Notes: generated by a model not told the origin, from the letters alone. 64,000 nucleotides of DNA from an uncultured Candidatus Saccharibacteria bacterium (GCA_964518965.1 CAZFJP010000010.1:30787-94786), one strand, 5' to 3'; positions 29,693-40,204 are shown, counted from the first letter of the stretch. Numbers and translations are program-made.

Positions 29693-31732
29693 ATGACAAG
29701 TTTTGATGAATATTACAAAGCGCGTTTAAAGAAACTTGAAACAATTAGAAAAGCAGGTATTAATCCCTATCCTGCTCAATCAAAGCGGAATTATAATTGT
29801 TTTCAAGCACGTCATGATTTTAACAAACTTAAAAAAGCGATTACTTTGGCAGGTAGATTGATGAGTTTGCGTGAGCATGGCAAGTTGACTTTTGCTAATC
29901 TCCAGGATGAAACAGGCAAGTTTCAGTTAGCATTTAAGGAAGATTTACTGAAGAAAGATTATGATTTTCTGAAGAAGCTCGATTTGGGTGACTTTATTGA
30001 AGTTACTGGTAAGTGTTTTAAAACGAAACTTGGGGAAAAGACCCTTGCTGTTGAAAAGTTGGTTTTATTAGCAAAATCATTGCGACCATTGCCAGAGAAA
30101 TGGCATGGATTAAAAGATGTGGAATTAAGATACCGCAAACGTTATTTGGATTTGATTATGAATGAAAAAACGCGGCGGGTTTTTTATCTGCGCTCGCAGA
30201 TGATTGACGCAATCCGCGATTTTTTGACTGATCGAAATTTTCTAGAGGTAGAAACTCCCATTTTGCAAGCAACTCCTGGTGGTGCGGTAGCAAAGCCATT
30301 TGTGACACATCATAATGCTTTGAATACTGACTTTTATCTCCGCATTGCTCCGGAACTTTATCTTAAGCGTCTTATTGTGGGCGGTTTTGAGAAGGTCTTT
30401 GAGATAAGTCGTAACTTTCGGAATGAGGGGATTAGCACTGTTCACAATCCGGATTTTACGATGTTGGAGTTTTATTGGGCCTATAAAGATTATAATGCCC
30501 TGATGGAATTAACGGAAGAATTGTTTACTTATCTTTTACAACGTTTGAAATTGGAAACCAAGATTAAATATCAGGGTAAACAAGTTGATTTTAAAACCCC
30601 CTGGAAAAAGATTACTTTTACTGATTTATTGAGAGAGAAAGCAGGATTAGATATTACTAAATTTAATACTCGTGAAGAATTACTACCCTTCGCGGAAAAA
30701 TTGGAAGTTAATATTACTCCTGAGATGGGAGCAGATAAGATTATTGATGAAATTTTTAAAAAGAAAATTCGTCCCCAGATTATTAATCCTTTGTTTGTTA
30801 TTAACCAACCATTATTTCTTTCGCCTTTAGCGAAAAAACGAATGAAAAATGAAAAAGAGGTTGAGCGTTATCAGTTAATTATTGGGGGACTGGAAATTGT
30901 TAATGCCTATTCTGAATTAAATGATCCCATTGACCAACGGGGACGTTTTGAGGAACAACAAAAGTTACGTAAGATGGGCGATGAAGAAGCTCATCCACTG
31001 GATGAAGACTATATTGAGGCATTGGAATACGGCATGCCACCTACAGCGGGGTTCGGTTTAGGAATTGACCGCTTGGTGATGATTTTGGCTAATTGTTCCA
31101 ATATCCGAGATGTTATTTTGTTCCCTGTTTTGAAACCAAAAGGTGCTGTTCTTACTGATAAGGGAGGAAAAGGCAGGGTAATGCTACGTGAGGAAGCGCT
31201 CATTTTACTTAAACGAAATCTCAAGAATGCTAATTTATTTAAACATACTCTTGCTGTTGAGGCCTGTATGAAAGAAATCGCAAAGGACAAAGGTGTTAAT
31301 AAAGAGGTTTATGGCCTAGCGGGAATTCTTCATGATCTTGATTATGAACAAACCAAGAAAACACCTTGTAAACATACTCTTGAAACTGCTGCGATTCTGG
31401 AAAAAGAGGGGGTTCGGGATGATATTATTCAGGCAATTAAAGCGCATAACGAAGCTTGTGGTGGCGTTTGTGAGTCACAAATGGACTATGCATTACGAGC
31501 AGTTGATCCAACAACGGGGTTAATAGTAGCGGCTACTCTCGTTTTGCCTGATAAAAAACTTAAATCTCTTACTGTAGAGTTCATTTTGAAGAAGTTTAAA
31601 TCTAAGTCTTTTGCTGTCGGTTGTGACCGCAATCAAATCAAGTCGTGTGAGAAATTAGGATATACCATAGAGGATTTTTTCGCGCTTTGTTTAAAGGCGA
31701 TGCAGAGGATTGATAAGGAGCTGGGGTTATGA
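29693..31732 (+). CDS. lysS: Class II lysyl-tRNA synthetase fused to C-terminal HD hydrolase domain
   Basis: 'LRIAPELYLKRL', 'FRNEG..HNPDF', 'YGMPPTAGFGLGIDRL', then 'KHTLAVEACM..GILHDLDYE..HN..AVD' from about 31181. Confidence 0.95.
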   Translation: MTSFDEYYKARLKKLETIRKAGINPYPAQSKRNYNCFQARHDFNKLKKAITLAGRLMSLREHGKLTFANLQDETGKFQLAFKEDLLKKDYDFLKKLDLGDFIEVTGKCFKTKLGEKTLAVEKLVLLAKSLRPLPEKWHGLKDVELRYRKRYLDLIMNEKTRRVFYLRSQMIDAIRDFLTDRNFLEVETPILQATPGGAVAKPFVTHHNALNTDFYLRIAPELYLKRLIVGGFEKVFEISRNFRNEGISTVHNPDFTMLEFYWAYKDYNALMELTEELFTYLLQRLKLETKIKYQGKQVDFKTPWKKITFTDLLREKAGLDITKFNTREELLPFAEKLEVNITPEMGADKIIDEIFKKKIRPQIINPLFVINQPLFLSPLAKKRMKNEKEVERYQLIIGGLEIVNAYSELNDPIDQRGRFEEQQKLRKMGDEEAHPLDEDYIEALEYGMPPTAGFGLGIDRLVMILANCSNIRDVILFPVLKPKGAVLTDKGGKGRVMLREEALILLKRNLKNANLFKHTLAVEACMKEIAKDKGVNKEVYGLAGILHDLDYEQTKKTPCKHTLETAAILEKEGVRDDIIQAIKAHNEACGGVCESQMDYALRAVDPTTGLIVAATLVLPDKKLKSLTVEFILKKFKSKSFAVGCDRNQIKSCEKLGYTIEDFFALCLKAMQRIDKELGL

Positions 31733-31796
31733 TTTCCATTGCCGTGTTTATCTCACAGTTTCTTGTAAGGAATAGGCGACATTAATTATCCAAATT

Positions 31797-33056
31797 ATGC
31801 TAGATCTCAAATTCATTCGTGAAAATAAAGAAATTGTCAAAAAGGAACTCCGAAATCGTAATTTGAAAGTTGATTTGGATTTCTTCTTAGAGTTAGATGA
31901 GAAGCGTCGGAAATTAGTTGCGGAGAATGACCAATTGCGAGCAGAGCAAAATAAAGCTAGTAAGATAATTGTGAGAGAAAAAGATGCGAGAAAAAAACAA
32001 GCATTGATTGAGAAGATGAAAGAAGTTTCTAAGAAAGTGGATCAAATTAAAACAAAATTAGTTCCGCTAACTATTGAGTTTTTAGAAATCTATTTTCAGT
32101 TTCCTAATATCAGTCATAAAGATACTCCAGTTGGTAAGGATGAGAATGATAATATTGAAGATCACAAGTGGGGCAAAATCCCGAGGTTTACTTTTAAACC
32201 TAAACCACACTATGAAATAGAGTCCCTGAAAGATTTATTTGATATTGAGAAAGGATCTGAAATATCGGGTGCTAGATTTTGGTATCTCAAAGGGAAAATT
32301 GCCCAACTGCAGTTTGCTTTAATTAACTACACCATTGATTTCTTTGCAAAAGAAGGTTTCGAGTTAGTTATTCCGCCAGTTTTAGTGAAAAAGCCAGCAA
32401 TGATTGGCTCAGGATTTTTTCCCGCGGATTGCAGCGAGGTTTATGAAATCCGTGAGAAAGAAGATAGTCTTTATCTGATTGGAACTGCTGAAGTTCCTTT
32501 AGCGAGTTATCATGCTAATGAGATTATTGATTTGAAAAAGCCCAAGAAGTATTTAGGCTATTCTACTTGCTTTCGTAGAGAAGCCGGCTCCTATGGAAAA
32601 GATTTGAAAGGAATTATGCGTGGGCATCAGTTTGATAAATTAGAATTATTTGTTTTCGCAAGCCAGAAGAATTCTTGGAAGATTTACGAAGAGCTTTTGA
32701 GAACCTCCGAGAGGTTTTGGCAGAGTTTAAAAATTCCTTATCGGGTGATGTCTATGTGTAGCGGTGAGTTGGCTTCTCCCAACAGTCGCAAGTTTGATAT
32801 TGAGGGATGGTTACCAGGAGAGGGAAAGTACCGTGAACTTGGTTCTTGTTCTCATGATACTGACTTTCAAGCACGTCGCTTAAACATTCGCTATCGTGAT
32901 GAGAAGAATAAAGTAGTACTAGCGCACACAATGAATCATACTGCCTGTGCTATTGGCAGGACAATTGTTGCAATTGTAGAGAATAACCAGACCAAGAAAG
33001 GAAATGTCAAAATTCCTAAAGTTTTACACAAATACCTCAATTTCACAGAGATATAG
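31797..33056 (+). CDS. serS: Seryl-tRNA synthetase
   Basis: 'MLDLKFIRE', 'GTAEVPL', 'FRREAG', 'DFQARRLNIRY'. Confidence 0.97.
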   Translation: MLDLKFIRENKEIVKKELRNRNLKVDLDFFLELDEKRRKLVAENDQLRAEQNKASKIIVREKDARKKQALIEKMKEVSKKVDQIKTKLVPLTIEFLEIYFQFPNISHKDTPVGKDENDNIEDHKWGKIPRFTFKPKPHYEIESLKDLFDIEKGSEISGARFWYLKGKIAQLQFALINYTIDFFAKEGFELVIPPVLVKKPAMIGSGFFPADCSEVYEIREKEDSLYLIGTAEVPLASYHANEIIDLKKPKKYLGYSTCFRREAGSYGKDLKGIMRGHQFDKLELFVFASQKNSWKIYEELLRTSERFWQSLKIPYRVMSMCSGELASPNSRKFDIEGWLPGEGKYRELGSCSHDTDFQARRLNIRYRDEKNKVVLAHTMNHTACAIGRTIVAIVENNQTKKGNVKIPKVLHKYLNFTEI

Positions 33057-33101
33057 ATGAAATAAATATTTACTCATTTTTTGGCTTTGAATTAAACCGA
33101 G

Positions 33102-33989
33102 ATGTTATTTGGTAAGAGTAAAAAAAGAGGGATAAGGTGGAGACGCGGTTTCTATCAGGGACGGCGTTCTTTTTTCAAGAGGAGACAATCTTTTCGTAAT
33201 CCGGGAATCTATACTCCTACACCTAAACAAGAGACTTTTTTGACTTTGCCAGTCCGAAGTCTTGTGGGAGTAACTTTTTTAATCTTAATAGTTGGTTTAG
33301 TTGTGGTAATTTTCTTTTCGCCACTGTTTGTGATTCGCGACATTGTTGTGGTGGGGAATTATCATCTTTTAGGATCAGATATTCGCAGTGTCACAAACAA
33401 AGCGCTCAAAGAACACAGCAGTTTTATTTTTCCAATCGGACATATTTTCTTTCTAGACAAAAAGGAGATGGCTTTGGATTTGGAAAAAGAACTGCCTTTG
33501 ATTCAAGAGGTAAAGTTTGAACGGAATTTTCCCGATATTCTTAAGGTGCGTATCAAGGAACGCAATCCTGTTTTTGTCTGGGAGTCGCGTAAGCATTACT
33601 ATTATATTGACCGGAACGGTTATGCTTACTTGGAAATTACTGCTCAAGAGAAGCAGGCAAGTCGTTTACTATCATTGAGAGACGAAGCCAATATTAAGAT
33701 AGAATTAGGAAGTAAGGTGGTGACGAGTAGTTTTGTGGATTTTGTGAATACGCTAATCTTGAATTTTAAGCCGCGCATTGGTGTAGGAATTAAAGAGATT
33801 ATTTTGCCACTGACAACTTTAGAGGTGCGAGTTGTTACTGAAGAAGGATGGAAAGCTTATTTTGATACTACCCGTTCTGCTAGAATTCAACTGCGTTACT
33901 TAGCTTCGGTTTTGAAACAAATTAACAAACCACGCAATCAATTAGAGTATATAGATCTCCGTTTGAAAGACAGAATCTTTTATAAGTAA
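33102..33989 (+). CDS. ftsQ: FtsQ/DivIB-like cell division protein
   Basis: TM, POTRA 'FPDILKVRIKER', C-terminal 'YIDLR'. Confidence 0.8.
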   Translation: MLFGKSKKRGIRWRRGFYQGRRSFFKRRQSFRNPGIYTPTPKQETFLTLPVRSLVGVTFLILIVGLVVVIFFSPLFVIRDIVVVGNYHLLGSDIRSVTNKALKEHSSFIFPIGHIFFLDKKEMALDLEKELPLIQEVKFERNFPDILKVRIKERNPVFVWESRKHYYYIDRNGYAYLEITAQEKQASRLLSLRDEANIKIELGSKVVTSSFVDFVNTLILNFKPRIGVGIKEIILPLTTLEVRVVTEEGWKAYFDTTRSARIQLRYLASVLKQINKPRNQLEYIDLRLKDRIFYK

Positions 33990-33998
33990 TTTTCTTTC

Positions 33999-34598
33999 AT
34001 GAAAGGTTCGGCATGGATTCGTAATTTAATTTTTTTACCGTTTCTACCAATTATTGGATTGATTGGTTTTGAGTTACTTTGTCCTTATGATATTTTAAGT
34101 CGCCGTGTTGCTTTGATGACTACGGCAATAGTTTCCTCAGTTTTATATCTGGGAGTTTATTTTTACCTTGAGAAAAGATTTAAACTTTCTTTGCCGACTT
34201 TTACTGCCTGGGCAATCTTTGTTGCGATCTTTTTAGACGCTGCGGGTAATTTCGGGCATCTTTATGGCAATGTGGATTATTGGGATAAAGTTACCCATGC
34301 GGTTGGTAGTGCCTCAACGGGAGTGGTGATTTTCACCATTTTGGTCCTTTTAAACCAGAAAAAAGCGATTAGAATTGGTCATTTTGCACTATTTTTATGG
34401 ACGACAGGGGTAGCAACACTGCTTGCGGTTTTGTATGAGTTAACCGAGTATTGGGGTGATTTAGGACTAGATACCAGGCGGATTGGGGATCGGTTTGATA
34501 CAGTATCGGATTTGCAGTGGAATGTTATTGGGGTGCTAATTGTCACTTTGATTGGATTGTTGATTATAAGAAGAAAAAACATTCTTGAAGTGAAGTAA
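33999..34598 (+). CDS. Membrane protein, DUF2238/YjdF-like
   Basis: 'WDKVTH', 'YELTEY', 'DTVSDL' within TM helices. Confidence 0.7.
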   Translation: MKGSAWIRNLIFLPFLPIIGLIGFELLCPYDILSRRVALMTTAIVSSVLYLGVYFYLEKRFKLSLPTFTAWAIFVAIFLDAAGNFGHLYGNVDYWDKVTHAVGSASTGVVIFTILVLLNQKKAIRIGHFALFLWTTGVATLLAVLYELTEYWGDLGLDTRRIGDRFDTVSDLQWNVIGVLIVTLIGLLIIRRKNILEVK

Positions 34599-34818
34599 TG
34601 TCACATTGTTTGTGTCGTATAAGATACATTGTACGACTAGATTAAACAATCAAACAGATAGGTTAGATAGGTTTTGGGAAAGCACTTCTTTATTCTCTAT
34701 TTTTCCCTATTCTATTTATTTAGGATAGAACAAATTATTTAGGTTATTTTTAGGATAGAACAAACAAAAAACACCCCTTTATTAGGGTGTCTTTATTATT
34801 TCGGAATCATAAGTATAA

Positions 34819-35619
34819 CTAGCGAATTGGATTCTGCCAAGCAAAATCTTTTTGGAGATAAGGATTACTACTTCCCCGGTAGAAACGGTTAGCATCGCAT
34901 TGAGGAATAATGGCACTTCTTAAACTGATAAATCGAAGAGGGTTGATGCCATAACAGCGGTTACCGCGCCATTGGTCAATTTCAAAGTGTAAATGAGGGT
35001 TTAAGGCACCGCTTTGGCCTACTCTGCCGATTAGCTGTCCTTTTATTACTCGCTGACCCTTTTTAACGTAAATTGTGGACAAATGACCATAAGTAGTACG
35101 ATATCCTAAACTATGTTTTAGAACGATTGTATTACCAGCTAGAAAACCACGATAGCAAACAATGCCTGATTCTGCTGCATAAACCGGTAGACCGTAACGA
35201 GCAGCGAAATCAATACCATTATGACGATTGTTCCAGATGGGATATTTAACATTAGCGGGCTTTAAAATCGCCTTCACGTAGCCAAAAAGACCGTAAACAA
35301 ACCAAGTATCTCCTCCTTGAGCGATAAACTGGCCGTTTTTAACTAAAAAGCCGTGATAACTGTTCCCTACTTTATAGCGAATGACGTTACGACTAGTAGT
35401 ATTGTGCCAGTGGGAACTTACCTTGAAGGGAAGTTGGGGATGAAAAGAGCCGCTAATTTTTGTCACGGATGTGGAAGTAGATTTAGCAGTGGTTTGTTTT
35501 ACCACTTCTCTACCCGGTTTTTTCTCTCCAACCAGAGAAAGAGTGGGGAAAGTAGCTCCCAAAACTGTTTGAAGGCCAAGAACCAAACTTAGAACTAAGC
35601 TTAAAGGTTGGGAAAGCAC
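34819..35619 (-). CDS. M23 family metallopeptidase
   Basis: 'HNGID', 'YGHL', 'PHLHFE'; signal peptide. Confidence 0.92.
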   Translation of the reverse strand: MLSQPLSLVLSLVLGLQTVLGATFPTLSLVGEKKPGREVVKQTTAKSTSTSVTKISGSFHPQLPFKVSSHWHNTTSRNVIRYKVGNSYHGFLVKNGQFIAQGGDTWFVYGLFGYVKAILKPANVKYPIWNNRHNGIDFAARYGLPVYAAESGIVCYRGFLAGNTIVLKHSLGYRTTYGHLSTIYVKKGQRVIKGQLIGRVGQSGALNPHLHFEIDQWRGNRCYGINPLRFISLRSAIIPQCDANRFYRGSSNPYLQKDFAWQNPIR

Positions 35620-35722
35620 CGAAATTTCCTTTTACTCCCCTCCTTTGCTTAAAGAGTAACCTCCAATGATAGCAGAAAAAACATTGTTTGTCAATTCTAG
35701 GAGATTTTGTTAAAGATCAAAA

Positions 35723-35796
35723 AATCAAGATTTGACAAACCCATTTATTTGGATTAACTAAATCTTGATTTATCTCAGAACGACGAAATTGCAGGG
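35723..35796. mobile_element. Family E hairpin element copy 4, degenerate, reverse orientation
   Basis: Inner AATCAAGAT...ATCTTGATT stem; the minus strand begins CCCTGCAATTTCGTC, similar to the family terminus. Confidence 0.45.
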
Positions 35797-35797
35797 A

Positions 35798-38623
35798 TTA
35801 TTTTTTTTCTTCTTCTGGAACCTCCGGAATATTAGTGCTTTCCCCTGAAAGAATGTTATCAATATTTTTAGTATCTAAAACTTTGTAAGATTTTCCTTCT
35901 ACTTTGATACTGTCTTCACGAGGAGGAAAGGTTAAAGAAGTTTTTGGTCGTGGACGAGATGGTGAATAACGGTCGGGACGATGATGATAAAAGTTTTGAC
36001 TACTTCTGGAATGACTGCGACGTTTGTGGTTCTTTTCCCGGCGTGCCCGTTCTTCTTTGACACTTTCAATTGTGGCTTCACTCCAACGTCCGATTTTTTC
36101 TTCAATTACTTCTCTTCTGCGTCCATAACGTTCTCGAGATACTCGGACGGCTTTATCGTGATTATTAGTAATATCAGTATAAGGTTCAAGTGTAGTAGCA
36201 CTAAATGCTCTACTGGTTATGCCGTCAATAGCAAGTTTAACGTAAATGTCATATTTATCAAGATCAACCAAATCCATTGCAGTGATTGTTGGCATCGTTT
36301 CCTGTTCAATAAATTCAGCATCAACAGCACCTATTCTAAAAATAATCATCGTGCCAACATTGCCAAATACTGCATCACGTACTTCTTCCTCCATTTGAGT
36401 AATGTACTGATGGGCAATTGTTAAACTTAGACGATATTTGCGGGCTTCAGAAAGAATTGTAGCAAAAGACTCGGTTGCAAAGTTTTGAAATTCATCAACG
36501 AAAAGGTAGAAATCTTTACGTTTATGTTCTGGTATATAAGCGCGACGCATTGCTCCTAATTGCATTTTGGTGATTAACATTGCTCCGAGCAAAGCACTAT
36601 TATCTTCACCAATGCGACCCTTACTGAGATTAACCAAAAGAATTTTTCCTTGATCCATAATCTCTTCGATGTCAATAGTACTTTTGGTCTGACCCAGAAT
36701 ATTGCGCATTATTGGATTGCTAACGAATTGTCCAACTTTATTTTGAATTGGAGCAACAGCTTCGGCGCGCAAGCGATCATTATAATTAGCAAATTCATTT
36801 ATCCAAAAGGCTTTTACAACTGGATCTTTGATTGTTTTAATAACCTTCTTGCGGTATTCGCTGTCAGAAAGCATGCGCAGAATACCGAGAATTGTTGAGC
36901 TGGGATATTCAAGTAGGGCTAAGATTGTATAACGTAAAATGTATTCCAAACGCGGTCCCCAAGATTCGGCCCAAATCTTTTTAAAGATACCAATTAAACC
37001 AGAGGCAACCAATCCTCTAAATTCCGGGTCAACGTTTTCCAAGACATTGAAACCAATGGGAAAATCTTGGTCGGAGGGATTGAAGTAAACGACGTCATTA
37101 ATACGGTTATTGGGAATAAAGTCTAATACTCTCTCGGCAAGATCGCCGTGAGGGTCAACTAATGCTACTCCTTTATTGCGACGGATATCAGAAATGATCA
37201 TATTGCCTAACATTGCGGTTTTACCCATACCAGTTTTACCAATGACGTAGATATGACGGGTACGATCTTCGTCTTTAATACCAAAAGGAACTTTGTTCTC
37301 GCGGAAGTTGGTTTGAGCAAAAATCGTTAAGTCCTCAGTTGAACCCTCAATTGGCAGGTTAACTGGTGCAGCAGCACGTTTAGAAGTAATTTTGTGAATG
37401 GTAGGAACTTTGACGTGGATCTCTGGCAAGTGATAAATAGTTGCTAATTCTTCGGTATTTAAGACAATACCACGGTCCCAGTAGCTAAATTCTCGTTGTT
37501 GAAATTGCTTTAGAAATTTGCGCTTTTTCCAATTGGTCCAGAATTTTAGTTCAAACCAGCCTATTTTTCCTTTGGTAAACTCAGCAAATTTGAAAGCGTT
37601 TAAATTATTAGTTTTAAATTGTTGAAATGCACCAACAATTTGAGGGATTCTTGTTTTAAGTGAGAAAACGTCTTTATCAGCCATGTAAAGGATGCGGATT
37701 TTGCACTCATAGCCCGGTTTAGAAATTTTTTGGCCAACACGCATAACAATCTCACGTTCAGTATCAATAAGAAGTGGCAGACGTTCAAATTCATTCTTTT
37801 GAGTGGACGGAGTTTCCGATTCTACGCCCATGGTGCTCGAAACAGTTCTACTGATTGTTTCTTGAGTAAGCGCTAACGCGTTACTTAAAGCACCTGCTTT
37901 TACTTCTGGTTTCTCGCCTTTAATCTCATTAATAATATTCTCCCCCTCTTTGATCCAATAATCATCGACAGTCGGACGAGTAAGGATCTGGATCCAGTAC
38001 TGTTCTTTTTCGCCAATCCGATTCATGATGGAGGTTAATCCTTCCATTGCATCAATACGTGCTTCTTCAGTTTTCACCTGACGCTCGATTTCTGGATAGG
38101 AGCGAATTGGATAGGCGTTTTCTTTGAAGAAGCGGAACTCAAAACCGGCCATATCATGTTTGTTCCAGTCAAAAGTGTTAGTATAATCTTTCACTTCTTC
38201 AATTTCGGCATCGGGGTAAGCCGCGTGGATTTGGCTAATAATAATATCTTTGAAGTTATCTGGAACACCGACGAGATAATAAATTTGCCCGCCAATAGAG
38301 ACAATTTCCCAGCTAACATGTTCCAAAACCTGTCCCTTCCAATACAAATCAAATCCCTCAATAGGCTGCCACATTCCTTGGATATTGGCGAACATTTGTT
38401 CTGCAGTAAGAGGGGTTTTTTCATTCTCGCGCGGCACTTGAATTTTAAGTATGGTGTGCTTTTGTTTACTTATCCAGATGCGGCGACGAGTATCGAGATA
38501 TAGCGGGAAAAGGACGAAATAAACCAAGATACCAAAAAGTCCCCACCAACCATAGTGGAAGGTGAGGGTTGCAGTGGCGATAATTCCATTGAGGAAACTT
38601 TTGAGAATTTCGTTAATTTCCAT
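35798..38623 (-). CDS. VirD4/TraG/HerA-like P-loop ATPase with N-terminal membrane-anchored domain
   Basis: Walker A 'GKTGMGKT', 'DPHGD', Walker B 'LFVDEFQNF', 'LSEARKY', 'AHQY'. Confidence 0.88.
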   Translation of the reverse strand: MEINEILKSFLNGIIATATLTFHYGWWGLFGILVYFVLFPLYLDTRRRIWISKQKHTILKIQVPRENEKTPLTAEQMFANIQGMWQPIEGFDLYWKGQVLEHVSWEIVSIGGQIYYLVGVPDNFKDIIISQIHAAYPDAEIEEVKDYTNTFDWNKHDMAGFEFRFFKENAYPIRSYPEIERQVKTEEARIDAMEGLTSIMNRIGEKEQYWIQILTRPTVDDYWIKEGENIINEIKGEKPEVKAGALSNALALTQETISRTVSSTMGVESETPSTQKNEFERLPLLIDTEREIVMRVGQKISKPGYECKIRILYMADKDVFSLKTRIPQIVGAFQQFKTNNLNAFKFAEFTKGKIGWFELKFWTNWKKRKFLKQFQQREFSYWDRGIVLNTEELATIYHLPEIHVKVPTIHKITSKRAAAPVNLPIEGSTEDLTIFAQTNFRENKVPFGIKDEDRTRHIYVIGKTGMGKTAMLGNMIISDIRRNKGVALVDPHGDLAERVLDFIPNNRINDVVYFNPSDQDFPIGFNVLENVDPEFRGLVASGLIGIFKKIWAESWGPRLEYILRYTILALLEYPSSTILGILRMLSDSEYRKKVIKTIKDPVVKAFWINEFANYNDRLRAEAVAPIQNKVGQFVSNPIMRNILGQTKSTIDIEEIMDQGKILLVNLSKGRIGEDNSALLGAMLITKMQLGAMRRAYIPEHKRKDFYLFVDEFQNFATESFATILSEARKYRLSLTIAHQYITQMEEEVRDAVFGNVGTMIIFRIGAVDAEFIEQETMPTITAMDLVDLDKYDIYVKLAIDGITSRAFSATTLEPYTDITNNHDKAVRVSRERYGRRREVIEEKIGRWSEATIESVKEERARREKNHKRRSHSRSSQNFYHHRPDRYSPSRPRPKTSLTFPPREDSIKVEGKSYKVLDTKNIDNILSGESTNIPEVPEEEKK

Positions 38624-38642
38624 TAATTTAATTTAGGGGTTC

Positions 38643-39767
38643 TCAGCATTTGAGCTGGTACTTGCCGTTACTGTTTTTCTGGAAAGCGGGATTATTTCTG
38701 AGGTTGAAGGTGACGGTGTTCTTTTTAACTTGGCGTTTTTCCAAAACTTTTTCGATGATTTCTTTCTCCCTCATTGGACCGTTTTCTTTGAGAAGACGCT
38801 TGATGATGTCGGAAACAGTTCCTTCTTCATAGCCCCATTCCTTCAGGGCATAGATTCCTCTTCCGATTAAGACAATGTTAGGATCACGAATTAATTCGTT
38901 ATGAACTGTCTTGACAGTCGCCTTGCGGGCAAATTTAGATTCGTTGACTTTCTTAGCAATTTCTACAAAATGCATTGGTTTACCATAAGCACGCATTTCT
39001 AGGAGAATAACATCGCGAACACTTCTGGGTTGTACTTCACGCCAAGTTTTTAATCCCCATTTGTTCTCTTCTACTTCAATTATTTTATGTCCTGTTTCCA
39101 TACAGGCACGAATGAAATCGGGGTTCAGAACAGATTTATTTTTTTCGTAGAAAGGATGATTTTTCAATGAGGCGACTACTTGATTATGATCAGTTAATTG
39201 GTGTTCTTTTTCCAAAATTTCTTTTAAAACATCAATAGTGGGGAGAACTAATTCTTTAGGTGTACCTTTCAGACTCCAGGAAGGTAAAAGCTCAGGGTGT
39301 TTTTCCATTACTTCTAATTCTTCCTCTATCTCAAGCAATAAGCGAACGATATTTTTGTTAGCTTCATTCTCCTCTGAGGCAGAAAGAACAATACTGATTA
39401 GTTTATCCTCAGTAATTAAACCAGCGTTGTTTTTGATACTTTCAATAATTAACTGGCGGGTTGCTCTAAAGTTCTCGGTTTTAGCTTTTTGGGACATTTT
39501 TTTGAGAGCATTGTTGACAATTTGGCGAACTCTTTCTCTGGTTACTCCTTCTTCTCTGCCGATTTTTTGGAGAGTTTTTGGTTTACCATCTAAAAGTCCG
39601 AAGCGTTTTAGGATAATCTTCTTTTCTCTCTCACGCAAGGTACCCAAGAGAAAATCTAAAGCTTCCTTAGGGCTAAAATTTTGGATTAAAGACTCGGTTT
39701 CAGAGACAAGAATATTATCCAATATGGAACTAGGAGTTCCAGTTGAAGTGGTGGTTTTCTTTTGCAT
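38643..39767 (-). CDS. Sigma70 region 4 plus HARE-type HTH domain protein
   Basis: 'RFGL..KTLQKIG..GVTRERVRQI'; 'PMHF.EI..TVHNELI..IGRGIYALKEWGY'. Confidence 0.85.
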   Translation of the reverse strand: MQKKTTTSTGTPSSILDNILVSETESLIQNFSPKEALDFLLGTLREREKKIILKRFGLLDGKPKTLQKIGREEGVTRERVRQIVNNALKKMSQKAKTENFRATRQLIIESIKNNAGLITEDKLISIVLSASEENEANKNIVRLLLEIEEELEVMEKHPELLPSWSLKGTPKELVLPTIDVLKEILEKEHQLTDHNQVVASLKNHPFYEKNKSVLNPDFIRACMETGHKIIEVEENKWGLKTWREVQPRSVRDVILLEMRAYGKPMHFVEIAKKVNESKFARKATVKTVHNELIRDPNIVLIGRGIYALKEWGYEEGTVSDIIKRLLKENGPMREKEIIEKVLEKRQVKKNTVTFNLRNNPAFQKNSNGKYQLKC

Positions 39768-40204
39768 AAAAATTCTCCTTGACTCCCGCCCAGAGGCGGA
39801 AATTAATTTAATTATAGATAAGTGATTAAGATGCCAAAAATAAAAAATGAGAGGATTTTTCCTTCCCTATCGTATCATAACGGCTTTGATTATACACTAT
39901 CTATAATTACTTGTCAAGAGTTTCAATTTTGAAGGTTCTGTTCTGTAATGTTGCGGCCGCAAATAGTATTAGTAGCACAACTAGTACACAATGTTACTTA
40001 ATTATATCAAAAAAACCGCTAATTGTCAATGAAATTAGGCGGTTAAACATGAATTAAGGGAGTATGTCTAGATAATATTCCAGCTACTCCCTTAATCCGT
40101 TTGTCCAAACCACACTCCGGTCTATCTGGCCTATGTGGGGTTTTGTCGGGCTAACCTTGTAATTTGTCACAGATGAAACTCTGCGCTTAAGAACTTAGTT
40201 TAAT

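Noticed and set aside
34719-34764. Direct repeat as a possible CRISPR array
   Set aside because: Only two 16-bp copies with a 14-nt gap, and no cas genes
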